This document shows positions 39,655-48,342 of a stretch of DNA of 64,000 bases, piece by piece. A program made the translations under genes and the position numbers. Source of the stretch: Candidatus Aphodoplasma sp. (GTDB lineage: Bacteria > Bacillota > Clostridia > UBA1381 > UMGS1253); NCBI GenBank assembly GCA_045541115.1, contig JAZQIM010000020.1, positions 77,203 to 141,202 of the forward strand, written 5' to 3'. Below the pieces are notes generated by a model. That model saw nothing but the letters and a program-made list of their open reading frames with translations. It did no database searches and was not told where the DNA came from. Every line of letters starts with the position of its first letter. Positions within the stretch are counted from its first letter, which is position 1.

Positions 39655-41742
39655 ATGATTTCATCAGTAAAGAAGAGAGACGGACGTCTCGAGAAATTTG
39701 CTCCGGAAAAAATCACATGGGCGATTTTTAAAGCAGCAACAGCTGTAGGCGGTAAAGATTTTGAAAAAGCAGAGAGTCTTTGCGTAAAGGTGCTCGAGCA
39801 GCTCGAGCGTAAATATGATAATCAGACACCGGATATCGAGGCAATCCAGGACGTTGTCGAGAAGGTTTTGATTGAGGATGGACATGCGCAGACAGCAAAA
39901 GCGTACATACTTTATCGTGAGAAGCGTAAGGGTGCGCGTGAAATAAATGCACTTATAGGTGCAACAATCGATATGTTTTCAGATTACCTTGGTGACAAGG
40001 ACTGGCATATACAGGAGAATGCAAATACTCAAAAGAGCATAAACGGACTTAACAACTATGTTCGTGAGACATTTACGAAGAAGTACTGGTTACATGAAAT
40101 ATATCCCGATGAAGTTCGTGAAGCACACGAGAGCGGCGATGCACATATTCATGACCTTGGATTCTTCGGACCGTATTGTGCAGGCTGGGATTTGCGTCAG
40201 CTCTTGACAGATGGTTTTGGCGGTGTATACGGTAAAGTAGAAAGCGGCCCTGCAAAGCATATGCGTTCATTCCTTGGCCAGATTGTAAACTCTACATTTA
40301 CAACACAAGGTGAAACAGCAGGCGCGCAGGCATGGTCGAGCTTTGACACATATTGTGCTCCGTTTATCCGCTATGACAATATGACATATGAGCAGGTTCG
40401 TCAGTGCTTGCAGGAGTTTATATTCAATATAAATGTGCCGACACGTGTAGGCTTCCAGTGCCCATTCTCGAATCTTACATTCGACGTTAAGGTGCCGTCT
40501 ACATTACGCGACGATAATGTTGTAATCGGCGGAAAGCTTATGCCGGAAAAATACGGCGATTTCCAGGCTGAGATGGATATGTTCAATAAGGCATTTTGCG
40601 ATGTAATGTTGCAGGGCGACTCGAAGGGCAGAGTATTTACTTTCCCGATTCCTACAATCAATATTACAAAGGATTTTGACTGGGACAGCGAAGTTGTTGA
40701 TGCATTTATGAACATCACATGCAAATATGGTATTCCGTACTTTGCAAACTATGTAAATTCAGATTTGTCACCGGAAGATGCAGTTTCAATGTGCTGCCGT
40801 TTGCGCCTTGATACAAGAGAGCTTCGTAAACGTGGCGGCGGACTTTTCGGCTCAAACCCGATGACAGGTTCTATCGGCGTATATACAATCAACCTTCCGC
40901 GTATAGGATATTTGTCATCATCGATGAGCGAGTTTAAATCAAGACTGTGGAAGCTCGTACAAATAGGAAAGACATCTCTTGAAATTAAGAGAAAGATTAT
41001 CGAAGACCAGTCAGGAAAAGGACTTTATCCTTATGCAACACATTATTTGCGCGGCGTAAAAGAGCGTACGGGCGAATACTGGTTTAACCACTTTAACACA
41101 ATCGGTATTGTTGGTATGAACGAAGCCGCAGTAAACTTCATGGGTAAGGATTTGACAACGCCTGAAGGACAGGAGTTTGCGCTTGAGATAATGAATTATA
41201 TGCGCGATTTGATGGTTGAAATTCAGCAGGAAACAGGTCACTTCTACAACCTCGAAGCAACACCGGCAGAAGGCACATCGTACCGTTTGGCAATGCTTGA
41301 TAAAAAGCAGTATCCCGACATAATCACAGCAGGCAAGGATGTACCGTATTATACTAACTCATCACAGCTTCCTGTAGGATATACAGATGACGTATTCGAG
41401 ATGATGGAGCTTCAGGATGAGCTTCAGTCATTATACACAGGTGGTACTGTACAGCACTTATATATCGGCGAAAAGATTTACGATATCGAAGTTTGCAAAA
41501 ACCTTATCAAGAAAATATTCACACGCTACAAGATGCCATACATTTCAATTACACCTACATTTAGTATCTGTAATGAGCATGGCTATATTGCAGGCGAGCA
41601 CTTTACTTGTCCTGAATGTGGAAAAGAAGCAGAAGTATGGTCGCGCGTAACAGGATATCTACGTCCTGTACAGAACTACAACATAGGTAAGAAGGAAGAA
41701 TATAAAGAGAGAAAAATGCTTGTTGTAGAAGCAAAAGCGTAA
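39655..41742 (+). CDS. nrdD: Anaerobic ribonucleoside-triphosphate reductase
   Basis: 695 aa. N-terminal ATP-cone (VKKRDGRLEKF...), C-terminal Zn site CPECG, and a glycyl-radical region ...RVTGYLRPV... Confidence 0.95.
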   Translation: MISSVKKRDGRLEKFAPEKITWAIFKAATAVGGKDFEKAESLCVKVLEQLERKYDNQTPDIEAIQDVVEKVLIEDGHAQTAKAYILYREKRKGAREINALIGATIDMFSDYLGDKDWHIQENANTQKSINGLNNYVRETFTKKYWLHEIYPDEVREAHESGDAHIHDLGFFGPYCAGWDLRQLLTDGFGGVYGKVESGPAKHMRSFLGQIVNSTFTTQGETAGAQAWSSFDTYCAPFIRYDNMTYEQVRQCLQEFIFNINVPTRVGFQCPFSNLTFDVKVPSTLRDDNVVIGGKLMPEKYGDFQAEMDMFNKAFCDVMLQGDSKGRVFTFPIPTINITKDFDWDSEVVDAFMNITCKYGIPYFANYVNSDLSPEDAVSMCCRLRLDTRELRKRGGGLFGSNPMTGSIGVYTINLPRIGYLSSSMSEFKSRLWKLVQIGKTSLEIKRKIIEDQSGKGLYPYATHYLRGVKERTGEYWFNHFNTIGIVGMNEAAVNFMGKDLTTPEGQEFALEIMNYMRDLMVEIQQETGHFYNLEATPAEGTSYRLAMLDKKQYPDIITAGKDVPYYTNSSQLPVGYTDDVFEMMELQDELQSLYTGGTVQHLYIGEKIYDIEVCKNLIKKIFTRYKMPYISITPTFSICNEHGYIAGEHFTCPECGKEAEVWSRVTGYLRPVQNYNIGKKEEYKERKMLVVEAKA

Positions 41743-41830
41743 GAAGTATAAAAATTAAAACGCATTGTGCACCATGCATTAAACAGACGTTTTTTGCATG
41801 GTGCATATTTATCATTAGGAGGATTAACTC

Positions 41831-42511
41831 ATGCAGATTGCAGGTTTTGTTCCAAATTCATTTGTAGATTATCCGTCGAAAATTGCATCGCTTGTTTTCG
41901 CGCCGCTTTGCAATATGAATTGTAAATACTGTCATAATTTTCATCTGCTCGGTCGCGACGCTTCGAAGGTGCTCTACAATCCGCGCTCGATTTTGGCAGA
42001 CCTTGAGAAGAAAAAAGGATTTATTGACGGCGTTGTACTTACAGGCGGAGAACCTACGCTGCAAGCCGGCCTTGCTGACTTTGCGCGCGAGATAAAGGAT
42101 ATGGGATTTTTAGTAAAGCTCGATACAAACGGCACAAATCCCGACGTTATACAGGCCATGTTAGATGAATCGCTGCTCGATTATATAGCGATGGATATAA
42201 AAGCACCATACGATAAATACGACGATGTGTGCGGAAGAAAAATTGATATTGATAAGATAAAAAAGTCGATACAGATAATTATGAACTCTTCTGTTGACTA
42301 TGAGTTTCGTACAACCTTCTGGCCAAAGCTTACAAAGGAAGACATAGCAGAAATAGCATCGTATATAGATGGCGCCAAGTGCTATACACTACAGCAGTAT
42401 CGTCCGACACAGCGCACTGAAAATATTGATGCACATACAAGCGCATATGTGCGTGAGAGCGGAGAGCTGATAAAAGAAAAGTTTGAAAAATTTAGAATAC
42501 TTGGGCTTTAA
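41831..42511 (+). CDS. nrdG: Anaerobic ribonucleotide reductase activating protein (radical SAM)
   Basis: 226 aa with CNMNCKYCHN (CxxxCxxC) and GGEPTL. Confidence 0.92.
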   Translation: MQIAGFVPNSFVDYPSKIASLVFAPLCNMNCKYCHNFHLLGRDASKVLYNPRSILADLEKKKGFIDGVVLTGGEPTLQAGLADFAREIKDMGFLVKLDTNGTNPDVIQAMLDESLLDYIAMDIKAPYDKYDDVCGRKIDIDKIKKSIQIIMNSSVDYEFRTTFWPKLTKEDIAEIASYIDGAKCYTLQQYRPTQRTENIDAHTSAYVRESGELIKEKFEKFRILGL

Positions 42512-42586
42512 AGGGATATAAATTAAAGGTTTTTTGTTGACAAGAAGAGAAGCTTTGTGCTATAATAATTAAGCTGCAAAAAACAA

Positions 42587-42678
42587 GGAGAGATGGCTGA
42601 GCTGGCCTAAGGCGCACGATTGGAAATCGTGTGAGCGTTAATAGCGTTCCGAGGGTTCGAATCCCTCTCTCTCCGCCA
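42587..42678 (+). tRNA. tRNA-Ser (anticodon GGA), class II with long variable arm, CCA encoded
   Basis: Acceptor GGAGAGA/TCTCTCC. Anticodon arm CACGA-TTGGAAA-TCGTG. Variable arm GAGCG-TTAATA-GCGTTC. T-arm GAGGG-TTCGAAT-CCCTC. Discriminator G plus CCA. Upstream promoter TTGACA (42536-42541) ... TATAAT. Confidence 0.93.
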
Positions 42679-42683
42679 CCAAA

Positions 42684-42716
42684 AAGCAAGCATCAGCAGA
42701 TGCTTGCTTTTTTTAT
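42684..42716 (+). terminator. Intrinsic terminator after tRNA-Ser
   Basis: 11-bp stem AAGCAAGCATC (42684-42694) / GATGCTTGCTT (42699-42709), followed by a T-run. Confidence 0.85.
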
Positions 42717-42802
42717 TTTTAAGTATTGACTTTTTTGAGATTGTATGATAAACCAATCCTCCAAAGCGAACGTTTGTTTGTTCATAGAAGGGAGGTGAGA
42801 TT

Positions 42803-44008
42803 ATGATTAACTAAAACTATTGGACAAATTCGTTTGATGCTATGTTCCCACTAGACAAGACCTCTAAAAAGGTTTATAATGGAATAAATACACAGCAAAA
42901 AAAATATTTTTGATGATATATTTGCAAATTCTGCTCTCGACTATCTTTACTCTAATGATAATTTGGGCAAAACAGAGAGCTTTTTAGAAAACAATGGTTT
43001 TCCTACCGCGGAAGAACGTCAGTATAATAAGGAGGCTTATGGTGTAGCAGAAGAAAACAAGCAAATGCTTGATTTGTTTAAAAACAAAACAAACAGCATA
43101 TTAAACCCAAAGCTTCCCGACGATACAGACCGCGCATTTTTAAGCGGATTAATGGGCGAAGAAGAGGAAAAACTTGATTATAAAAATCGAATAACAGATG
43201 CAGACAGCGCAATAGCGCAGTGGCAGAGCGCTTTTCGCGGCTCGCCGTTTGAAAGCAATTAAATGGAGCTGCCGATTCGGCACTGCAATCAATCAATACT
43301 TCATCTGCGGTAAAGCCTACGTTTCTTAATGTAAAACCCGCTGAAACTTTTGATTTTGCGCAAGAGTATGACAGTAATAATATGACAAACGCACCGCTCG
43401 CACTAACACCATTATCTACTGTTTCTAAGGTAGGCAACAGCATTTTTTCAAAGAACATTACTAATCATATTTATACTTCAAAGTATAATAGCTATACCGA
43501 GAAAATCAACGGCAAAAATGGGTTTTTTAATGAGGATTGCTATTATGCTGAAAAAGATGGCAAACGATATCTGGCGAACAGCAAAGAAACAGTTGATCTA
43601 ACTGAATGGGATTCTATTGATACAAAATTTTTGGATGAAACATTTGTATCGGTTATAAACGAGGCGAATAAAAAGCCTACTACCCTAAAGAGAATATTTA
43701 CCGAATCTGTTGGAGGTGATTTGGATTTTAAACTCCAACTAGACGGAAAAAAATTGTATCTGATAAACGGAGTTTTGTATAATAAAAATGAAGCAGGAAA
43801 TTTTATTTGGGCATATTTTTTAGAATCTAAAAATTTTTCCGGTTTATGGAGCGGAACGCTTGCCCAAGGAGGAAGTCTGTGGAGTAGAAAACGATTCGAC
43901 GAAGAGTGGGATAGGCGTGCGCGTTGGACAGGTGTTAAATATTATTATGAAAAGAACAACATGTTGTGGCTTTATTATCTTTTGTATGGTGATAAATTAA
44001 AGTATTAA
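42803..44008 (+). pseudogene. Disrupted ~400-codon gene with a toxin-like C-terminal domain (one nonsense codon plus two frameshifts)
   Basis: ATG at 42803 has a perfect SD (GGAGGTG). Codon 4 is TAA (42812-42814). The frame continues to TGA at 42911-42913. A +1 shift within the A8 run (42897-42904) joins track ORF 42963-43262. A second shift in GAAAGC (43251-43256) joins the open frame running from 43253 to 44008. The C-terminus reads ...GGDLDFKLQLDGKKLYLINGVLYNKNEAGNFIWAYFLE... Confidence 0.6.
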
Positions 44009-44025
44009 TCCAAAGGGGTGCTTGT

Positions 44026-44451
44026 ATGAAAAATTTAGTTGTGATTTTGATTTTATGTTGTCTTATGTTAGGCTCGTTTCATAGTTGTGGTCGAGAAGAT
44101 ATTCACGAACAAGAAAGATACTTTAGTAAAATAAACGCGATTATAAAAGATTTGGAATTTCATTCTGCCAAGGCAAAAGACGGAAAAATCATTCTCTACA
44201 ACAAAGAGTACGAGCCTGTATCTGAAATTCCGTTTGAAGAATATGATGAAGACATAAAGTTTGTTGGCGCACACAAAGATGGACCTGTTGTTTATTTTAT
44301 TACCGGGGGAGCTGTCGACGATGAATGGGGAGTTATGTTTATAAATGATAATGAAGCTGATAATGTATTAGAGGGAGTTCATCAAGTAAACCGCATTGGT
44401 GGCAATGCATATGAGTACAGTACAATGTATAAATTTCGAGAGGCAGATTAA
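44026..44451 (+). CDS. Small secreted protein or lipoprotein candidate (possible immunity protein)
   Basis: 141 aa. N-terminal signal MKNLVVILILCCLMLGSFHSC. SD AAAGGGGTG upstream. Starts 17 nt after the pseudogene stop. Confidence 0.65.
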   Translation: MKNLVVILILCCLMLGSFHSCGREDIHEQERYFSKINAIIKDLEFHSAKAKDGKIILYNKEYEPVSEIPFEEYDEDIKFVGAHKDGPVVYFITGGAVDDEWGVMFINDNEADNVLEGVHQVNRIGGNAYEYSTMYKFREAD

Positions 44452-44452
44452 A

Positions 44453-44818
44453 ATGAAAAAATCTTTAAAAGTTATATTGATTATATCATTGATTATTTTC
44501 ATTTTTTGGGGTATTCCAATGCTAAAATGCGAATACCTTACCATACGCCATGGGCATGAGTTTGATTTTAAGCAAGTGCCAGAAGAAAATACTATGCTTG
44601 GAAAGCCGGAATGGTTTAGAATTCTATCATATAATGATGAAATCGCAAAAATTTATTACATTGATGGATATACCGGAAATACACTGCTCTTTAAGAAATT
44701 TGACGAAAAATGGGAATATGACAGATGGGAAAGAACTCTTTGGTCTTCATATGGTAATGCAGACGAAAATATCTGGCCATATTTCTGGCACAGCATAAAA
44801 TATGACAAGAACATCTAA
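44453..44818 (+). CDS. Small N-terminally membrane-anchored protein (possible immunity protein)
   Basis: 121 aa from MKKSLKVILIISLIIFIFWGIPM..., with a Trp/Tyr-rich C-terminus. The ATG at 44453 lies 1 nt after the upstream TAA. Start trimmed from the track ORF at 44396. Confidence 0.6.
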   Translation: MKKSLKVILIISLIIFIFWGIPMLKCEYLTIRHGHEFDFKQVPEENTMLGKPEWFRILSYNDEIAKIYYIDGYTGNTLLFKKFDEKWEYDRWERTLWSSYGNADENIWPYFWHSIKYDKNI

Positions 44819-44862
44819 TCTATATTATAACTAAAATCAAACATGTTCGTTTTGCTTGAATT

Positions 44863-44902
44863 TACCGCCTTCGGTGTAAAAAGCGCAGGCGGTATTATTT
44901 TT
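44863..44902 (+). terminator. Intrinsic terminator closing the islet operon
   Basis: TACCGCC (44863-44869) / GGCGGTA (44888-44894), followed by TTATTTTTT. A second hairpin, AAAGCAC/GTGCTTT plus a T-run, is at 44952-44980. Confidence 0.65.
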
Positions 44903-45005
44903 TAGATATTTATTGTGTATATGAGTGGCAGTAAAATCATATCGTTCTTACAAAAGCACTCTTTACGGGTGCTTTTTTTATAATAAAGATTAAGAGGATA
45001 ATAAA

Positions 45006-45890
45006 ATGAAGACAACTACTACAAGGAAATATTTATGTCTTGCCTTATCGGCACTCATCATATTTTTGTGTGCATGCACATCAAATGCCTTGCAAGTGCC
45101 GGACGTTTCATATACGGGAAAGGCGTATCAGGAATTAAACAATAATTACCCGTTTTTCGATGAAAAAGAGATTACGACGACGAGCTATGAAAGATATTCA
45201 CGCCTTGACAGTTTAAACAGATGTGGCGCAGCGCAGGCATGTATCGGCGTAGATATTATGCCACAAAGAGAGCGAGAAGCAATAGGACAGGTAAAGCCTT
45301 CGGGATGGAAAATAGCAAAATACGATATCGTTGACGGAAAATATCTATATAACAGATGTCACTTAATCGGATATCAGCTCACGGGAGAAAATGCCAACGA
45401 AAAGAACCTTATTACAGGTACGAGATATATGAATGTAGAAGGTATGCTGCCGTTTGAAAACGAAGTGAGTGAATACGTAAAGAGAACAAGGAACCACGTA
45501 ATGTATAGAGTAACGCCGGTGTTTGAAGGAAAAAATTTAGTCGCAAGCGGTGTTATAATGGAGGCTTTGTCAGTAGAAGATGGCGGAAAAGGCGTATGCT
45601 TTAATGTGTATGTTTTTAATGTTCAGCCGGGCATTAAGATAAATTATGCAAACGGAGAAAGCCAGATAGATACTAATTATAATATAAACACACACCAAAG
45701 CGAATTATCGTCAGATAGCGAAAAAGCAGATACAAAAACATATGTACTAAATACAAACACTATGAAAATTCATCTGCAGACATGCTCGTCGGCGCATGAT
45801 ATAAATGAAAAAAATAAAAAGCAATATAGCGGCGCGATTGATGAGCTGATTAAAAAGGGATATAGTCGTTGCAAAGTATGCAACCCATAA
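45006..45890 (+). CDS. Lipoprotein DNA/RNA non-specific endonuclease (DNA-entry nuclease/EndA-like) with a C-terminal Cys-motif tail
   Basis: 294 aa. Signal plus lipobox ...IIFLCAC-T. Nuclease core ...YNRCHLIGYQLTGENANEKNLITGTRYMN... C-terminal tail ...KIHLQTCSSAH...GYSRCKVCNP. Confidence 0.8.
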   Translation: MKTTTTRKYLCLALSALIIFLCACTSNALQVPDVSYTGKAYQELNNNYPFFDEKEITTTSYERYSRLDSLNRCGAAQACIGVDIMPQREREAIGQVKPSGWKIAKYDIVDGKYLYNRCHLIGYQLTGENANEKNLITGTRYMNVEGMLPFENEVSEYVKRTRNHVMYRVTPVFEGKNLVASGVIMEALSVEDGGKGVCFNVYVFNVQPGIKINYANGESQIDTNYNINTHQSELSSDSEKADTKTYVLNTNTMKIHLQTCSSAHDINEKNKKQYSGAIDELIKKGYSRCKVCNP

Positions 45891-45984
45891 ATATGGACAA
45901 ATTTTAAATAATAATGTCGGCTTGTTGAAATGGGACTGCATGTGATGTATAATATAAGCATAAGCAGATATGGAGGTGCTTTGT

Positions 45985-47601
45985 ATGAAGCTTACATTTA
46001 TAGGTGCGGCACACGAGGTTACAGGCTCATGCTCGCTTCTTGAGGCGTGTGGCAAGAGAATACTCGTTGATTGTGGCATGGAGCAGGGCGCTGATACTTA
46101 TGAAAATTGTGAACTTCCGGTAGCACCGGGTGAAATTGATGCGATATGCCTGACACATGCACATATAGATCATTCGGGAATGATACCTGCGATGGTGAAA
46201 AACGGTTATGCAGGACCAATCTATTCTACAGAAGCGACACACCGTCTATGTAATATTATGCTCCAGGATTCTGCGCACATTCAGGAGCAGGAAGCCGAGT
46301 GGCAAAATAAAAAGGCTGATCGAGCGGGATTTGAAAAATATGAGCCGGTATATACGCTAGAGGACGCGCAAAATGCTTTAAAGCAGTTTAACACAGCCGG
46401 ATATAACAAGAAAATAGAAATATTTGATGGCATAACAATCAGCTATAGTGATGCGGGGCATTTGCTCGGCTCATCAAGCATACATTTTACTATATGCGAA
46501 AACGGCGAGACGACAACGCTCTTGTTTTCTGGCGATTTAGGCAATATAGACAGACCGCTTATACGAGATCCGCAAAAGCCGCCATGCGCTGATTATGTTG
46601 TAATTGAGTCTACATACGGCGACAGAATTCATGGCGAAAGACCGGATTATATTGCACAGCTCACGAAAATACTTAAAGAAACATTTGACAAAGGCGGCAA
46701 TCTCGTAATTCCGTCCTTTGCAATAGGAAGAACGCAGGAGCTATTGTATTTATTTCGGACAATAAAGCAACAGCATTTGCTTGCCGCGTATGAGAATTTT
46801 TTAGTATATGTTGATTCTCCGTTGGCGGTAGAAGCGACAAAGATATACAAAGACAATCTTTTGGATTATTATGATGAAGAATCGCTTGAGCTTGTAAAAC
46901 AAGGGATAAATCCGATAGATTTTCCCGGACTTCGCTTAAGTGTTACAAAAGAAGACTCAATGGCAATCAATTTTGATATAATACCGAAAGTTATAATTTC
47001 TGCATCAGGAATGTGTGAGGCGGGAAGAATAAGACACCATTTAAAGCATAATCTATGGAAAGAAAATAACACGGTATTATTTGTTGGATATCAGTCGAAG
47101 GGAACTCTCGGACAAAAGCTTATATCCGGAGCAAGCAGTGTCAGTCTGTTTGGCGAAGAAATACAGGTCAAAGCGAGAATTGATTCAATTGTCGGCATAA
47201 GCGGTCATGCAGACCGTGATATGCTTCTTGACTGGCTTGGCTCTATGGAAAAAGCGCCAAGGAAGGTGTTTGTAAATCATGGCGAAGACATCGTTTGCGA
47301 GAGTTTTGCGCAGACAATATATAATAAGCACGCGTTTGATGCTGTCGCGCCATATAGCGGCGACGAATATGACCTTATAACAGGCAGCTGCATTAAGCAC
47401 GGCAGAATTGTTAAGCTTTCAAAGATATCGGAAGGCCGAAAACGTGCAAATATCGCATACGACAGATTGCTCTCGGCGTGTCAAAGACTTAAGACGGTTA
47501 TTGAACTCAGCCGTGGACTTACAAACAAAGAGCTTGCAAAATTTACTGACCAGATAAACAGTCTTTGCGATAAATATATAAGAAAATCAAGTGGCAAATA
47601 A
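45985..47601 (+). CDS. MBL-fold / beta-CASP family metallo-hydrolase (RNA-metabolising type)
   Basis: MKLTFIGAAHEVTGSC..., HAHIDHSG motif, and a beta-CASP region. The ATG at 45985 lies 7 nt after GGAGGTG. Start trimmed from the track ORF at 45970. Confidence 0.85.
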   Translation: MKLTFIGAAHEVTGSCSLLEACGKRILVDCGMEQGADTYENCELPVAPGEIDAICLTHAHIDHSGMIPAMVKNGYAGPIYSTEATHRLCNIMLQDSAHIQEQEAEWQNKKADRAGFEKYEPVYTLEDAQNALKQFNTAGYNKKIEIFDGITISYSDAGHLLGSSSIHFTICENGETTTLLFSGDLGNIDRPLIRDPQKPPCADYVVIESTYGDRIHGERPDYIAQLTKILKETFDKGGNLVIPSFAIGRTQELLYLFRTIKQQHLLAAYENFLVYVDSPLAVEATKIYKDNLLDYYDEESLELVKQGINPIDFPGLRLSVTKEDSMAINFDIIPKVIISASGMCEAGRIRHHLKHNLWKENNTVLFVGYQSKGTLGQKLISGASSVSLFGEEIQVKARIDSIVGISGHADRDMLLDWLGSMEKAPRKVFVNHGEDIVCESFAQTIYNKHAFDAVAPYSGDEYDLITGSCIKHGRIVKLSKISEGRKRANIAYDRLLSACQRLKTVIELSRGLTNKELAKFTDQINSLCDKYIRKSSGK

Positions 47602-47622
47602 TAATTAGAGGGAGTGAATAAC

Positions 47623-48204
47623 GTGAAAATATGTGTATTTGGAGCGGCAAGTAATAAGATAGATGATACGTATATTTCAGCCATAGAAAAGCTTGGAGAA
47701 AAGATGGCAAAAAGAGGGCATGAGCTTGTTTTTGGCGCGGGCGGACACGGCCTTATGGGTGCAGCCGCACGCGGTGTATACGCAGCAGGCGGCAAAATTA
47801 CAGGCGTAATTCCAAGCTTTTTCCGTGATGAAAATATAGAGGCAATTTTTGAAAATTGCGACGAGCTTATCTATACACAAACTATGGCGCAGAGAAAAGC
47901 AAAAATGGAAGATTTGGCTGACGCTTTCATAATAGTTCCGGGTGGTATAGGTACATTTGAGGAGTTTTTTGAAGTTCTCACGCTAAAGCAGCTCGGCAGA
48001 CACACAAAGCCGATTGCGATATTAGATATTAACGGTTATTATGAAGGGCTCGAGAAATTTTTAGAAAGTTCAGTTGAAGAAAAATTTATTCGTGACGGCT
48101 GTAAGCATTTATATTTTTATTCGACATCGCAAGATGAAGTGCTTTCGTATATTGAAAATGACGAGCAAAAACATGTAGATGTGCACGAAGTTAAAAATGG
48201 TTAA
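47623..48204 (+). CDS. LOG family protein (TIGR00730-type Rossmann fold nucleotide-binding protein)
   Basis: Motifs GGGHGLMG and PGGIGTFEE. The GTG at 47623 is preferred (9 nt after AGAGGGAG) over the track start at 47614. Confidence 0.85.
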   Translation: MKICVFGAASNKIDDTYISAIEKLGEKMAKRGHELVFGAGGHGLMGAAARGVYAAGGKITGVIPSFFRDENIEAIFENCDELIYTQTMAQRKAKMEDLADAFIIVPGGIGTFEEFFEVLTLKQLGRHTKPIAILDINGYYEGLEKFLESSVEEKFIRDGCKHLYFYSTSQDEVLSYIENDEQKHVDVHEVKNG

Positions 48205-48342
48205 TGAGATTATATAAATTAGAAACCCTTGATTTATTTGCGCAAATCGGGGGTTTATTTATTTGTGCAAGCGTTTTTATAAAGGGAAATTTGTTGACTA
48301 ATTTTTGATATTGATGTAAAATGAAACATAGGCGGTGATAGC

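Noticed and set aside
42492-42689. 65-aa minus-strand ORF.
   Set aside because: It is the reverse complement of tRNA-Ser and its promoter.
42803-42814. Three-codon mini-ORF (MIN-stop) with a perfect SD, considered as a regulatory leader peptide.
   Set aside because: The same frame continues open immediately after the TAA and joins the downstream toxin-like frames. A nonsense mutation in a decaying gene is the simpler reading. A leader-peptide role cannot be fully excluded.
42679-45005. Searched for an integrase and for a direct repeat of the tRNA-Ser 3' end that would delimit a classical tRNA-integrated island.
   Set aside because: No recombinase ORF and no recognisable copy of the tRNA 3' segment were found by eye. 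The islet is therefore described only as accessory-looking DNA, not as a defined mobile element.
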